Notes: generated by a model not told the origin, from the sequence alone. Positions 13,575 to 26,709 are shown, counted from the first letter of the stretch. The stretch is 64,000 nucleotides of DNA from Octopus sinensis (GCF_006345805.1 NC_043016.1:32912115-32976114); one strand, 5' to 3'. Translations and numbers: made by a program.

Positions 13575-13934
13575 ACAGACAGTCTAAGCAGCGGAGAATG
13601 TCTTAAGTACTTGTAGTCTTCTTCCTGCAGCTTCTCTCATAGCTAATCCTTCCTATGTGTGATGAGCAAGTTCTGTTGCAAAATCTGCCAGCAAGGAAGG
13701 TGCTGCAGGACTGTGGTGTATTGTCTTTCTTTCTTTGGCATTTTGCTTCTAGGGCCAGCATTTTGTCTTCCTCAAGCTGTTTGACTCCTTCGTTCACTGA
13801 GGTTTTCCATGCTGTTCTGTCCTCAGCTAACTTTTCCCCAAGTTTTTGTATTGATGTAGCACTTGGTCAGACTGCTCTTATATATGTCCTTAAATCTCAG
13901 CTTTGGTCATCCTTTGTGTCTGCTACTGTTCTTT

Positions 13935-13935
<1 letters not shown>
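13575..13935 (-). mobile_element. RTE-like LINE 3' fragment (mirror ~52501-52860)
   Basis: C-terminal zinc-finger-like CNRTCSSHIGRISYERSC preceded by DRTAWKTSV..GVKQLE. Confidence 0.6.
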
Positions 13936-13994
<59 letters not shown>

Positions 13995-13996
<2 letters not shown>

Positions 13997-14390
13997 CATA
14001 GGAGTGGCTGTGTGGTAAGCAGGCATAGGAATGGCTATGTGATAAGTAGCTTGCTTACTAACCACATGGTTCTGGGTTCAGCCCCACTGCGTGGCACCTT
14101 AGGCAATTGTCTTCTACCAAAGCCTTGTGAGTGAATTTGGTAAACGGAAACTGAAAGAAGCCCATCGTATATATATATATATATGTATGTGTGTCTGTGT
14201 TTTTGCCCCCCAATCACTTGACAACCGATGCTGGTGTGTTTACATCCCCGTAGCTTAGCGGTTCGGCAAAAGATAACAATAGAATAAGTACTAGGCTTAC
14301 AAAGAATAAGTCCTGGGGCTGATATGCTTGACTAAAGGCGTGCTCCAGCATGGCCACAGTCAAATGACTGAAACAAGTAAAAGAGAGAGT
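13995..14390 (+). mobile_element. SINE (mirror ~52065-52458)
   Basis: ggagtggctgtgtggtaag head, ggttcagccccactgcgtggcacctt, tail caaatgactgaaacaagtaaaagagagagtaaa. Confidence 0.7.
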
Positions 14391-15303
14391 AAAGTGTATA
14401 TATATATACATATACACCAATGAAAAGAAGACAAAGAAAATTCTTAACACATCTTTAATTATAAGTTACAAATGTTTCCCTACTATCTCCATTTGCAACA
14501 CCAGTTTGTATAAAAAATTTAAAATAAAAATTGCATAGTATTTGCAGTTTTAGGCATTGGAGAGGCACTTCCTCAGACTTGCATCAAAGGTGTGCTATTA
14601 CATTGTGCATCTATCAGAGCTTGTTAGGAAAGTACCGAGAGAAAATAAAAAAGAAAATTAAAAGTGTGTGTGTAGAATGAGTTTGTGGGGAATATTATGT
14701 GCTGGTGGTGGAGAGGAATCAAGAGGGTGGATACATATAAAGATATGAGTAAGAAAAGGAATGGAAGAAGGTGAAAGAGAAGTAGAAGAGGGGAAGAATC
14801 CAAAGGCAAGGAAGAAGAAAAAGAACAGAAAAGAAGAAGGAGAGGTAGTACAGTGGGCAGTGCTGCATATAGCAAAATGGTTTATCCATCATATGCTGCC
14901 AGTGTGTCAGCCAGTACAGGCAGAACCATTGTTACCAAAATTTGTCCAATGGAAGATGATGCATTTGATCACACAGCTGCATTAGTCTGTGACAACTTGA
15001 AGTGAAAAGATCTATTAAATAGATAACTAAACAATTGTATGGCATCGAAGGATGAGGATGTTAATGATGTATGTTGTGGGCTGACCTAATTTATGATCCT
15101 AGTGTGTTTCGACACTGGGAAAGGGATACAAGTAGGAAAAGACGAATATACATACAGAAGAATATGTACACATAGATACGTACATACGTATATATACTCA
15201 TGCAGAGGTAGATACTCATACGCACACAAACACACTCAGGTTGAGTAACTGTGTATTTCCTTTGCAGTAGCTCACCTGTTTCTGTCTTCATTCCTGATCT
15301 CTT

Positions 15304-15370
<67 letters not shown>

Positions 15371-16233
15371 CTCTTTCTCTGGATGGGTAACCTTGTATTC
15401 CTCTGCAGCAAGACACTTCTATCTGTCCTCCTCCTCCAATGACTCCTCTCTTGAAATTTTTTTTTGTCTAGCAAGTACTTGGCGACCCTGTCAGTGCAGG
15501 TGCCATTTAAAAGTACCCCAGTTCACACTGTAAAGTGGTTAGTGTTTGGTAGGGCGTCCAACTGTAAAAGCCTTGCCAAAACTGACCTCACCTGTGCTTG
15601 TGCCATGTAAAAAGCTCTGCCACATATAAGAGTCCACTCTGCTTAGTGGTTGGTGTTATGAAAGGTATCCATCTGTAAAAATCCTGCCAAAACAGTCACA
15701 GAAGTCTGGTGCAGGCTTCTGCCTGGCTGGCTCTTGTCAAACCGTCCCACCCATGCCAGCATGGAAGGTAGACGTTAAATGATGATATATATATATATAA
15801 ATAATTTGACCAACCAGATCATTGGATATTGTTATATATCACTGGTTACAATGTGCTTTGCATCATTTTAGCTTTTGAATGATGCTATATATGGGATGTA
15901 TGTGTGTGTATGATTCCTCTGCACATTGCTGTTTTTTATGCTCAGTCCAATTGCATAGCACACACACACACACACAACAATAATAACAGGGGATGGTAAT
16001 TAATAGGTTTTATTAAACTTTATTAATCAAGCTTAATTAACAAAGCCTTTGAATTTCAATCTGCATGTTATTATTGTAGTATTTATCCTAAGCAGAAAGG
16101 AGTTCCAAATGTATGCCCATACTATTAGATTACCCTGGGAGATGGAATTAACATGTGGCAGCTGACATTAAGAAGCACAGGAGCTTTTAAGAAGGCATAA
16201 TGAGGCTTTTGCCCAAACTAAACTAAACAGATA

Positions 16234-16550
16234 AGGTGCATGGCTCAGTGGTTAGAGTGTCAGGCTCACAATCATGAGGTAATGAGTTTGATTCCCGGAC
16301 CGGGCTGCGTGTTGTGTTCTTGAGCAAGACACTTTATTTCATGTTGCTCCAGTTCACTCAGCTGTAGAAATGAGTTGCGATGTCACTGGTACCAAGCTGT
16401 TGGCCTTTGCCTTGGATAACATTGGTGGCATGAAGAGGGGAGGCTGGTATGCATGGCTGGTCTTTCATAAACAACCTTGCCTGGACTTGTGCCTCAGAGG
16501 GGAACTTCTAGGTGTAATCCCATGGTCACTCATGACTGAAGGGTGTCATT
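16234..16550 (+). mobile_element. tRNA-derived SINE (mirror ~49840-50157)
   Basis: ggtgcatggctcagtggttagagtgtc...gagtttgattcccggaccgggc; a related copy lies on the minus strand at ~17540-17740. Confidence 0.7.
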
Positions 16551-17039
16551 ACCTATACATACATACATCACACATATGCACACACACACACACCTGTGAA
16601 ATTATAGTCATTACTGGTGCCATGTAAATGGTACTCATGCTGGTGGCACATAAAAGCACCCATTGCCCTCTTGGGGTGGTTGGCATTAGGAAGGGCATCC
16701 AGCTCTTCTTAAATTAGACTGGAATCTGATGCAGCTCTCCAGCTTACCAGTTTCAGTCAAACCATGTAACCCATCAATATGTGTGTGTACCACAAAGGAA
16801 TAGGGATTTTAAATCCAGGTAGATACTTTACTAACACTGTTAAAAATCTAGACTTGGCTAGCCACATCAAATATTAGGAAACATTTGGAATCGTTTAGAA
16901 TAAACAATTGTTTTGGGGCTTCTTTGAATTGGTAAATCCTGAATTTGCTTCAAAAGATTCTTATAAAATTCAGGGTGTATAAGAAATACAGAATAAAGAA
17001 TGGAGAATGATACATCTTTTATTAAAATCTTTTTTTTAG

Positions 17040-17163
17040 CATATAAAATTCTGCTACATAACTGTCTTAGGGCCCTTAGATGTGATAGTAATCCAAAGAT
17101 TGACTTTCTTATATAACTTTTTTTAACCTGGATGAAGTGAACTGAAATGCTGCAGTATCAAAG
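17040..17163 (+). other. Candidate non-coding 5'-UTR exon
   Basis: Bounded by tttttttAG (AG at 17038-17039) and AAG|GTAAAT (GT at 17164); no transcript evidence. Confidence 0.3.
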
Positions 17164-17790
17164 GTAAATGCCTAAAAAATCATAAGTGATAAGTGAATAT
17201 AAAAGAAAGGGACTGTGTGGTAAGAAGCTTGCTCCTCAACCACATGGTTCCAGGTTGTCCCACTACATGGTACCTTGGGCAAGCATTTTCTACTATAACC
17301 TCAGACCAACCAAAGCCTTGTCAGTGGATGCATGTGTGTGTGTGTGTATCTTTCTGTCTGTCTTTCCCCTCTCCCACCCCTCACTACTTGACAACAGCTT
17401 AGCAGTTCGGCAAAAGAGTCTAATATAATAACCACCAGGCTTAAAAAGAAGTACTGGGGTTGATTCATTCAACAAAAAAATTCAAAGTGGTGTTCCAACA
17501 TGGCTAAAGTCTAATGACTGAAACTATTTTTTATATTAACTGATGTTATCCAAGGGAAAGGCAAAGGCTGATACAGCTTGGTACCAGTGATATTGCAACT
17601 CATTTCCGCAGTTGAGTGAACTGGAGCAACATGAAATAAAGTGTCTTGCTTAAGAGTACAACACACGGCCCAGTCCAGGAATCGAACTCACTACCTCATA
17701 ATTGCGAGCCTGATGCCCTAACTACTGAGCCATGCACCTTCTTCATGTTATTGTTATTGTCTTTATATACATATATATATTATATATTAT

Positions 17791-17814
17791 CTTTTCTTTT
17801 CTTTTTTTTTGCAG
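17791..17814 (+). promoter_or_regulatory. Splice acceptor of the coding exon (mirror 48580-48603, - strand)
   Basis: cttttcttttcttttttttt-GCAG; the exon starts 52 nt upstream of the ATG in both copies. Confidence 0.75.
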
Positions 17815-17866
17815 TGTGATATAACATCAAAGTTTTCTGGACATATCACTGTCAAGTTACACAGGA

Positions 17867-18895
17867 ATGCCAATATCTGTGAAAATGCTTTGTCTAAAAC
17901 GTTATTTATGTTTATTATTTTTCTTTTCTTTATTTGCTTGCACACTTGTGTTCATTGGGATGAAAATGCTCCAGAAAAATGAATTGAAATCACAAATTTT
18001 AAAAAGTGAACAAAAGAACTATTCTCAAAATCTTCAAGGTGTAATCAGCCAGTCAGTTGAAATTGCTAAAGATATTATGAAAAAACATAATTTAGTTTTA
18101 TTTACTTTTATTAACAATGCTTATTTACCTTTTGTCTATAGTTGGTTGTGTAACACTGTTAATATGGGTATCCATGAGCAAATTCTCTTTATTACTACAG
18201 ATGCTATATCAAAACAACAATTTGAGAAGGATTGGCCTAATGTCAAAGTTGTTGTGTTGCCCATTACTTCACTAAATGGTAATCAAACTTATAGTAAAGT
18301 TGGTTATGTAAAACTAATGGTGAAACGTACAGAAATTTTAAATTCTTTATTGCAGAATGATATTGAATTGCTCTTATTTGAAGTTGACTGTCTTTGGGTT
18401 TCTAATCCTCTTGATGAATGCAAAAAAATAGCATTGAAAAATGATATGATAGTTACAAGTATTGCTGGCAGAAAAAATACTGCTGCTGGAAATTTCATAT
18501 ATATGAAGCCTACAAAAGCTGTGAAAACTCTCTTGCAAGAACTGAATTCAAAGATGAGACGTCTTGGCAAAGAAATTGAAGGAAAAGATGATAATAAACT
18601 TGTATCTGAAAGTAAAAATGACCAGGTATACTTGAGCGAACTTATTAATAAACGATTTGGTGGAATAAAATATGAAGTTCTTCCATTTGACAGATATATT
18701 GATGGAAAATGGTATGAAATGAAATTAGAAAATCGTCAGAAGAAACATGTTGTTATTATTCACAATAACTGGGTAGTTGGAAATGCAAAAAAGTTAAAAC
18801 GAGCCAAAAAATTTGGACATTGGTTTATAGATGACTCAATGAAATGTAAAATGGATCAAGTTGACAGAGTAGTTAACCGTGGGTTGTATGTGTAA
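17867..18895 (+). CDS. Nucleotide-diphospho-sugar transferase (PF03407 / GT77-like, xylosyltransferase-like), type II membrane protein, copy L
   Basis: Intact 342-aa ORF. Short basic N-tail plus hydrophobic anchor (aa ~13-31); FTFINNAY..SWLCN, FEVDCLWVSNP (DxD position), NDQ, HNNWVVG..K..R....W motifs. Confidence 0.88.
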   Translation: MPISVKMLCLKRYLCLLFFFSLFACTLVFIGMKMLQKNELKSQILKSEQKNYSQNLQGVISQSVEIAKDIMKKHNLVLFTFINNAYLPFVYSWLCNTVNMGIHEQILFITTDAISKQQFEKDWPNVKVVVLPITSLNGNQTYSKVGYVKLMVKRTEILNSLLQNDIELLLFEVDCLWVSNPLDECKKIALKNDMIVTSIAGRKNTAAGNFIYMKPTKAVKTLLQELNSKMRRLGKEIEGKDDNKLVSESKNDQVYLSELINKRFGGIKYEVLPFDRYIDGKWYEMKLENRQKKHVVIIHNNWVVGNAKKLKRAKKFGHWFIDDSMKCKMDQVDRVVNRGLYV

Positions 18896-19856
18896 TTTAA
18901 ATCAGGGTTAAATATATTCTTTGGTTTCAACATCACATTTGTATTCATTTTTGGTTTCCTTCTAACATTTTTGGTTCTCATCAGCTGAACATTAGTACAC
19001 CGGCATACCTGTACTCTCTTTTACTCTCTTTTAGAGAGTATATTTATATTTATGTAGTATATTTATATTTGAGATTTATTTAATCAGTAATTAAAAATAC
19101 ATCAATATATACTCAAAACATATACAATAGGAATTTTGTTCAGAATATTAAGCAGGCATTCAGTTTCTGAAGCCATTGAAGAAGCTTCTCTGTAGTCACT
19201 CAGTAGGTACCTAATATTCTTCAAATTTAACTTAGCGTCCTAAAAGTAATGGATAAATTGATCTGAGCATCTCTACATAGTAAGTAAAGAAAGCAAACAA
19301 CTAAAATACCCATGGATATTGCATTACCACAGAAACAAAAGAACAAATGAGTTGCATAAACAATACATTCTTGTTTAGGCCTACAATCTTTTCAGCAGCT
19401 CTCAATAAATTACAAAAAAAATAAAAATACAAATCACTGCATATTTCTAGCATTTCATCAATAAACCAAATTCTTAATTACACGAAAACACTAAAAATAA
19501 AAGACTATATAAACAGGAATGAGACACAGTTGCTGTGGTAAACACCAACCTTCACAATCCCTACCATTTCATGTACAACTATCTCAAGTATATATGTATA
19601 TATGCACAAATGCGAAAACTCATTGACTTGCATATATATACATATGTGTGTGTTTGTGTGTGTGTGTCTCTGTGTATATGTTTGCATCAGTTTGTCGTGC
19701 TAGTCTATTTGAAACCCATGTAGCTAATTAAATTGTTTACAATGCCTCATTATTCTCTGTATTTTCTCTCACTCTCACTCCCTGTATACATCTGTGTGTA
19801 TACGTGTGTGTGTATATGTATGTGCATATATTTGTGTGTGTGTGTCTGTGTGTATG

Positions 19857-19889
<33 letters not shown>

Positions 19890-19984
19890 CTGTGTGTATG
19901 TATGTATATACATATATTTATATATATATGTATATGTGTGTATATATATATGTATATGTGTGTATATATATGTATATATGTATA

Positions 19985-20768
19985 TAATGTCGGCGTCACT
20001 TTCTCATCATGAATGATGTCCATATTGTTCATGAAGCAGAGATCCAGAATGTTATTTACCCTAATTGGTCTGAGTACTGCTTGCTCCATGAATAGGGCAT
20101 TGGTGAGGTTGAGCATGGACTCCACCTGTGCTTGCTTGCAATGAGTCAATCCTTAGAGTATGTGACCTTTGGGCCATTTGACGTTGTGTAAGTTGAAATC
20201 ACCCATAAGAAATATGGTCATGTGGTGATCCAGATTCATGAGGATTTCTTTAATTCTTGTGAAGCAATCTTCAAACTTGACTATGTGGTTTGGAGCATCT
20301 GGTGGGCAATATGTATTGCATATGACTATATTATGTTGTCTTATGTATACAATTAGAGTGTCACATACTGAATTTGAGTATGACAGTAAGACCTGTGGTG
20401 TGAGGTCGACATGGAGGTATACAGCAACTCCACTATGACTCCTTTCCCTTCTGTCTGTTCATAGTCTGGCATATTTTGGTATGTGTACTTCTGCATCCTC
20501 TATATCAAGGCTGAGGTGAGTTTCCATGAGTGCTATGCATAGGGCTTGATTGCATGCAGTAAGATCTCTCAGGAAAGAAATTTTGCTTTTATTGTGATGC
20601 AAAAGGCCCCCAATATATAGTAAAAGTATTCGTGTGATGACTGTACAGGCGTTAGGGGAGGCCATCCCGTGTCTGTTGACTGTGGTGGACAAGGTTCCTT
20701 GTTTGTGCTTGAAGTTGCCAGGTCAGCTGCTGCACAATCTTTTGTGCCATGTACAAAAAAGACTCTTG
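19985..20768 (-). mobile_element. CR1-like LINE fragment (apurinic endonuclease region)
   Basis: IALMETHL, GVAVY, MGDFNL, NNILDLCFMN motifs with stops. Confidence 0.75.
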
Positions 20769-23213
20769 CTCAGTTGCTGGCTAGGAAATCGTTAATTAGA
20801 TATAATAATAAATTATGGGCTAGGAAGGATACTAGAGACTATTTTGATATACCTATGGGGGCACCAGATTCTGCACAGGCTACTGATTTAGTAGGTATTT
20901 TTTTATCAGAACTTCAATTAGAAAATTTTAATTTAGAGGGTGGTCTATATAGGGATGAGCTTTTATTACTTACTAGGGATTGTACAAATAGAAAATTAGA
21001 ATTATATAAAAAGAAACTTTATAATTTCTTTAAAAGATATGGTTTAAGTATTACTATTTATAATGAGAACTATAATGTTAATTATTTAGATGTTAATTTT
21101 ATTTAATAATGGGTGAAACCCAACCATTCCATAAAATTAACGAAAATCTGAAATATATTCATTCTTATAGTAATCATCCACCTTCTGTTAAAGAATCGTT
21201 GATAAATAATGTAGGTAAAAGAATATCATTACTTGCTTATGATTTAGAGATTTTTAATAAACATGCACCTTGTTATAATAAAGCCCTGCATGATGCAGGA
21301 TATAATAATAATATTAAATTCTTTAATACTTGTAAACATAATTATAATTTGAAGGAGTATAATATAAATGATTTTTATAATGATAAACCTAATTATCTGA
21401 ATTATGATAAATTTTATTTAGGTATCTATCATCCTAATAATAATAGGTATTTTGATGATGTAAATAATACATTTAATATTGGAATGAAAAATAAAAATAA
21501 GATAAAATTAAATTCAATTAATGAAGATAATAAATTTAATATTACAAAAAATATAATAATAATAATATAAAAATAAAATATGGTTAATCGTTCCTTTTGG
21601 GGTTCAGTTTAAAGTAAATCTTATTAAAAGGATTTTAAATATAATTGAAATATTCATTATGGATAATAAAAAATATAACATTTTTTCTACTAATAATTTT
21701 GGAGTTGGGTATTCAACTACTACTAATGTGGTAATATTTCTTCATTTAATACATTTAAATTAAATAAATTCTACAAAGATATATTAAACATTGATTCCAA
21801 TAATAAAAAAGACCAAGATATAATTTATTGTACATGTAGGGATAAAACTACATGTAAATTTAATAATTGTAATTTAGATAATGTAGTCTATAAGTGTATG
21901 GTAACTTTAATAGATGATAAGAATTTGAATTATCATAATTTAAACACTATTTATATAGGGTCCACTTTGAATAAAATTAAATCTAGAGTAGCACAACATA
22001 TGTATTCTTTTAGGAATAAAAATCTAATAAATTCAACAGGTCTCAGTAAATATATTTGAGACCTTAGATCTAGATCTATTAAATATGAATTAACTTGGGA
22101 GATTATTTGTAGGGCTAAATCATATTCTATATGGAGTAATTATTGTTCATTGTGTAATAATGAATTAAAAGAAATATTATTTAATAACAACTATGTGTTA
22201 GTAAACTCATTAGAGGAACGTAAAATTAAATGTAAACATCAATTAAATTACCTATATAATAGGTTTAGCTAATAAATGATTATATAAATTGATTAAGATA
22301 TATTAATTATAGTAATATATATTAATTTAAATATGATATATATATTTTACTTATTTATTATTTGAACTTTAAATTTATAGTAAAAAGTCATTTAAAATTA
22401 AATGCTAACATAATTTATTTATCTATATGATACGTTTAGCTTATTTTTCCGTATGTATAAAACCTTATCTCTTTTTATGTTATTTATTGTAGATATAATT
22501 TAGTAGTATTAGTGTATAATTTACTATATTATTATGTGTTATATTAATATATTTGAATAATTTTAAACTTAGATATTTCCTAATACATAAATGATTATTT
22601 ATAATTTTATTAAGACCTATTAATTATAGTAATATAAATTAATTTAATATTATATGTATATTTTATGTAATAATTATTTGGTAATTAATTTATAGTAAAT
22701 AGTCATTTATAGTTCTTTTGTTATTCTATTTTTCTTTCATTCATGAAGCTTAAATATTTTTCGTCTTTTTCATTAATAAATATTTTTCATCATTTTCATT
22801 GATAATATTATTATATTTTTTACACGTCTTCACGAGTTTAATTTCTTATAAACGCTAAGTAATGTTTTTTATTTAACAATATTATTTAACTTTTAAATTG
22901 TATTAAGTTTGATTATTATTATGATTATTATTGTAGCTAAAATATTAATTTATATATAATTTATTGATAATTATTAGTTACGATATGTATATCTATTTAT
23001 TTATTATGTTTTATGATTATTATTAATTTTATAATGTGATTTAACGAATTATATAATTTAATTTGAGAATTAGTTTTGTAAGACAATATATTATTTAAAG
23101 GTTAGGTGGTCTATTTATTTCATAGTATTACATTTAAGTAAATTAGTTTAATATTAATTAATATTTTGGTCAACTATATAATTGAATAAAATAATAAATC
23201 TATATATATACTA
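20769..23213 (+). mobile_element. Penelope-like element 3, very AT-rich, 5'-truncated, plus AT-rich 3' region
   Basis: FDIPMGAPDSAQATDLVG, GGLYRD, NYLDV, YIHSYSNHPPS and GIY-YIG VVYKC..IYIGST..KSRVAQH; frameshifted. Confidence 0.85.
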
Positions 23214-26157
23214 CATCATCATCGTTTAACGTCCGCTTTCCATGCTAGCATGGGTTGGACGGTTCAACTGGGGTCTGGGAAGCCCGAAGGCTGCACCAGG
23301 CCAGTCAAATCTGGCAGTGTTTCTACAGCTGGATGCCCTTCCTAATGCCAACCACTCCGTGAGTGTAGTGGGCGCTTTTTACGTGCCACCGACACATGTG
23401 CCAGACGAGGCTGGCGAACGGCCACGCTCGGATGGTGCTTTTTATGTGCCACCGGCACGGAGGTAAGGCGAGGCTGGCAATGGCCACGATTGGATCGTGT
23501 TTGTTACATGCCACGGGCACAGAGGCCAGTCGATACGGCGCTGGCTACGGCCACGTTCGGATGGTTCTCTTACATGCCACCGGCACTGGTATCACAACTA
23601 CAAATTCCATTGATGTTGATCGATTTCGATTTTCACTTGCCTCAACAGGTCTTCACAAGTAGAGTTTTGTGTCCCAAGAAGGAAGGTATGTATAGGTGGA
23701 CTGACTACGTCCCAGGTAGAGGCCACGGGTTATGGCCTCACTTGTCCTGCCGGGTTTTCTCACGCACAGCATACTTCCAAAGGTCTCGGTCTCCGGTCAT
23801 TTCCTCGGTGAGACTTAAAGTTCGAAGGTCGTGCTTCACCACCTCGTCCCAGGTTTTCCTGGGTCTACCTCTTCCACAGGTTCCCTGAACCACTTGGGTG
23901 TGGCACTTTTTCACACAACTATCTTCATCCAATTTTACCACGTGTCCATACCAGTGTAGAGGTCTCTCTTGCACACCATGTCTGATGCTTCTTAGGTCCA
24001 ACTTTTCTCTCAAGGCACTTACACTGTGTCGGCTATGAACACTGACATTACACATCCATTGGAACATACTGGCTTCATTTCTTGCAAGCTTACGCATATC
24101 CTCAGCAGTCACGGCCCATGTTTCACTGGCATGTAGCATGGCTGTTCGTACACATGCGTCATACAGTCTGCCTTTTACTCTGAGCAAGAGGCCTCTTGTT
24201 ACCAGCAGAGGTAAGAGCTCTCTGAACTTTGCCCAGGCTATTCTTACTCTAGCAGTTACACTTTCAGCACACCCGCTCCCGCTACTGACTTGATCACCTA
24301 GGTAATGGAAACTATCAACTATTTCTAGGTTTTCTCCCTGGAGTGTGGCGGAAGATGGTATCTGCGCATTTTCAGTGTTTCTTTCACCAGAGCATGTGCC
24401 ACATACAAAAAGTATCTTCCCAGTTAGCCTTCCTTTGACATTGCTGCACCTCTTATGTGTCCATAGCTTACACTTGGTGCATCTTACTACGCCTTTTCTA
24501 CAGATCGAGCAGGGCCATCTACCTGAAGGCGTTTGTGATTTGTCTACCTTCCTATTTATTAGGACTTTGGTTTTAGCTAGGTTGACTCTAAAGCCTTTCG
24601 ATTCTAATCCTTGCTTCCACACCTGAAACTTCTCCTCCAGTTCTGATAGTGACTCAGTAATTAGTGCAAGGTCATCAGCATAGAGGAGCTCCCAGGGGCA
24701 TTCTGTCTTGAATTCCTCTGTTATTGCCTGGAGGACTATGATAAATAGGAGTTGGCTGAGGACTGAGCCTTGGTGAACCCCTACCCCTACCCGGAATTCT
24801 TCACTGTACTTGTTGCCAACCCTCACCTTATTAACAGCGTCCCTGTACATGGCTCGCACAGCTCTCACTAACCATTCATCTATCCCTAGTTTCCTCATTG
24901 ACCACCAGATAAGGGATCGGGGCACCCTGTCAAAGGCTTTCTCCAAGTCAACGAAAGCCAGGTACAGAGTTTTATCTTTGGCAAGGTATTTCTCCTGCAG
25001 CTGTCTCACCAGAAATATGGCATTGGTAGTGCTTTTCCCTGGCATGAAACCGAACTGTATCTCATCCAGGTTGACTCTCCCCCCAATCAGTTGGGCTATG
25101 ACCCTTTCCGTAACCTTCGTTACCTGATCTAACAGCTTGATACCTCTGTAATTACTTGTATGTAGGGCGCCACCTTTACCGTTGTAGCAGTTGACTATTA
25201 TGCTACTACACCAGTCATTGGGTATGACTCCTTCGTGTATCACCTGGTTAACTATACGGGTGACTAGGCTATAGCCGACACTGCCAGATATTTTGAGCAT
25301 CTCTGCAGTAATTCCTGATGGGCCTGGGGTTTTCCCTGTCTTCATGCTTCTAATTGCCTTAACTACCAAGGAACTGTCAACTTGGATAGCTGGTCCCTCT
25401 GTTGGGTCGACATTCGGCAGACTCTCTTTATCCCATTTATTTTCTTTATTCAGCAACCTTTCATAGTGGCATCTCCAAACCTCTCTCTTTGCATCCTCAT
25501 TTAGTGCAAGTGAACCATCATCTATGTGAACACATTTCTCTCTTACCACATCACGGTTCTCTCTCACATACTGTCTTCCCTCCTCATTGCGAGAACCAAA
25601 ACCGTAGTCTCCATGTATGCCGTGGAAGCCCCCGACATGCCGTCCAACATGTCCATTGAAGTCCCCTGCCACAAAGAGAAGGTCTCTGTCATTTGTCAAC
25701 GAGGTAGTCTGTAATAGGGTGTCATAGAATCGGTCTTTCTATCCTTCAGGTAGCCCCGGTTGAGGGGCAGATGCCAAGTTGATGGTAGCTGACCTATGAT
25801 GAAGCACTAATCTAATCTTAAGTATTCTGTCACATACTCTGACTACCTCGTTTACCTTATCAACCCATTTCTCTGCAAGAAGTATACCCATGCCCCCGAC
25901 CCCGTCAGTGTTCCCTGCCCAGAAAATCTTGTACCTGTGTTCTTTGCCGGTGAGGAACCTAGCGGAACCTCCTCTCCACCTTACTTCTTGGATGCAGCAC
26001 AAATCCAAACGTCTCCGTTCAAGCAGCTCGATAATCTCACCAGACCTACCTTTCAATGTGCAAACTCTGAGGGTGTGGGAGGTGTGGGCCTGCGAGACCC
26101 TGGGATGAGGGACAGCAATGGCAGATTTCATAAAGAAACACTAGAAACACCAGACTA
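23214..26157 (-). mobile_element. RTE-clade LINE, copy A (internally deleted)
   Basis: ORFs 25739-26131 (CCIQEVRW endonuclease) and 23738-25699 (GDFNGHVG, QFGFMPGKST, GVHQGS, LLYADD, PHD-like CSIC..C..C..W.H..C, GRPRKTW); (GAT)n tail. Lacks ~650 bp present in copy B (28743-29396). Confidence 0.93.
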
Positions 26158-26709
26158 ACCTGCATACACTACACAGTTTTTTTGCGCTATATGACCGAAT
26201 AAGTCCTACAATAGGGTTGTGGGTGAGTGTCCGCGGGAGGGGATGCACATGTAAGACTGAGGTACTAACTTCCGGTTTTGGTGGAGGGAGGTATGACCGG
26301 TTTTTGTAGAGAGGTACTGACTTCCAGTTTTGGTGGAGGGGCGGGACTACCGCGAAACAGCAAATGTCGAAAAGCGTGTGCCAAGAGCTGAAAGCCGAAA
26401 TTTTTAAGGGAATTTGGGAGAAAAGGACAACCTGAAATAAAGGAGGAATATAGAAAATGCATCGTCTAAGACAAATAGAAAGCTAGCGGCATCCTGTTTA
26501 CAAGACAGAGAGATAAATAATAGAGAGGGACAAGATAGAGAGATAAATAATAGAGAGCGGAAGGCGTTAGTGTTACAGATCTACGCATAAACAGTAATGG
26601 ATGAGGTTAAAGTCAAAATAGGTTAGCTGCTCATTTCTGAAACCCGAGTTTTATCATCCGAAGCAATGAGAATCAGTAGAATATCTTTATTATGATCATG
26701 GTGATCTTA

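Larger units (their letters stand above)
2099..25361 (+). repeat. Left arm of giant inverted segmental duplication
   Basis: Position 64000 mirrors 2099 and 40263 mirrors 25361. ORF-track entries recur in mirror order on the opposite strand (e.g. 2124/63975, 8975/57474, 13027/53410, 16370/50021, 17867/48527). Confidence 0.97.

Noticed and set aside
18304-18570. Antisense ORF in both glycosyltransferase copies (also 47824-48090)
   Set aside because: Shadow of the sense frame with no independent motif.
17867-18895. Paralogue differences explained by retro-copying of an A-to-I edited mRNA
   Set aside because: Both copies share intron and flanks, and the differences include many transversions and multi-base codon changes rather than one-directional A-to-G.
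23738-25699. Domesticated or active 653-aa reverse transcriptase
   Set aside because: It has a ~650-bp internal deletion, an upstream stop at ~25739 and disrupted sister copies; simply a young decayed RTE.
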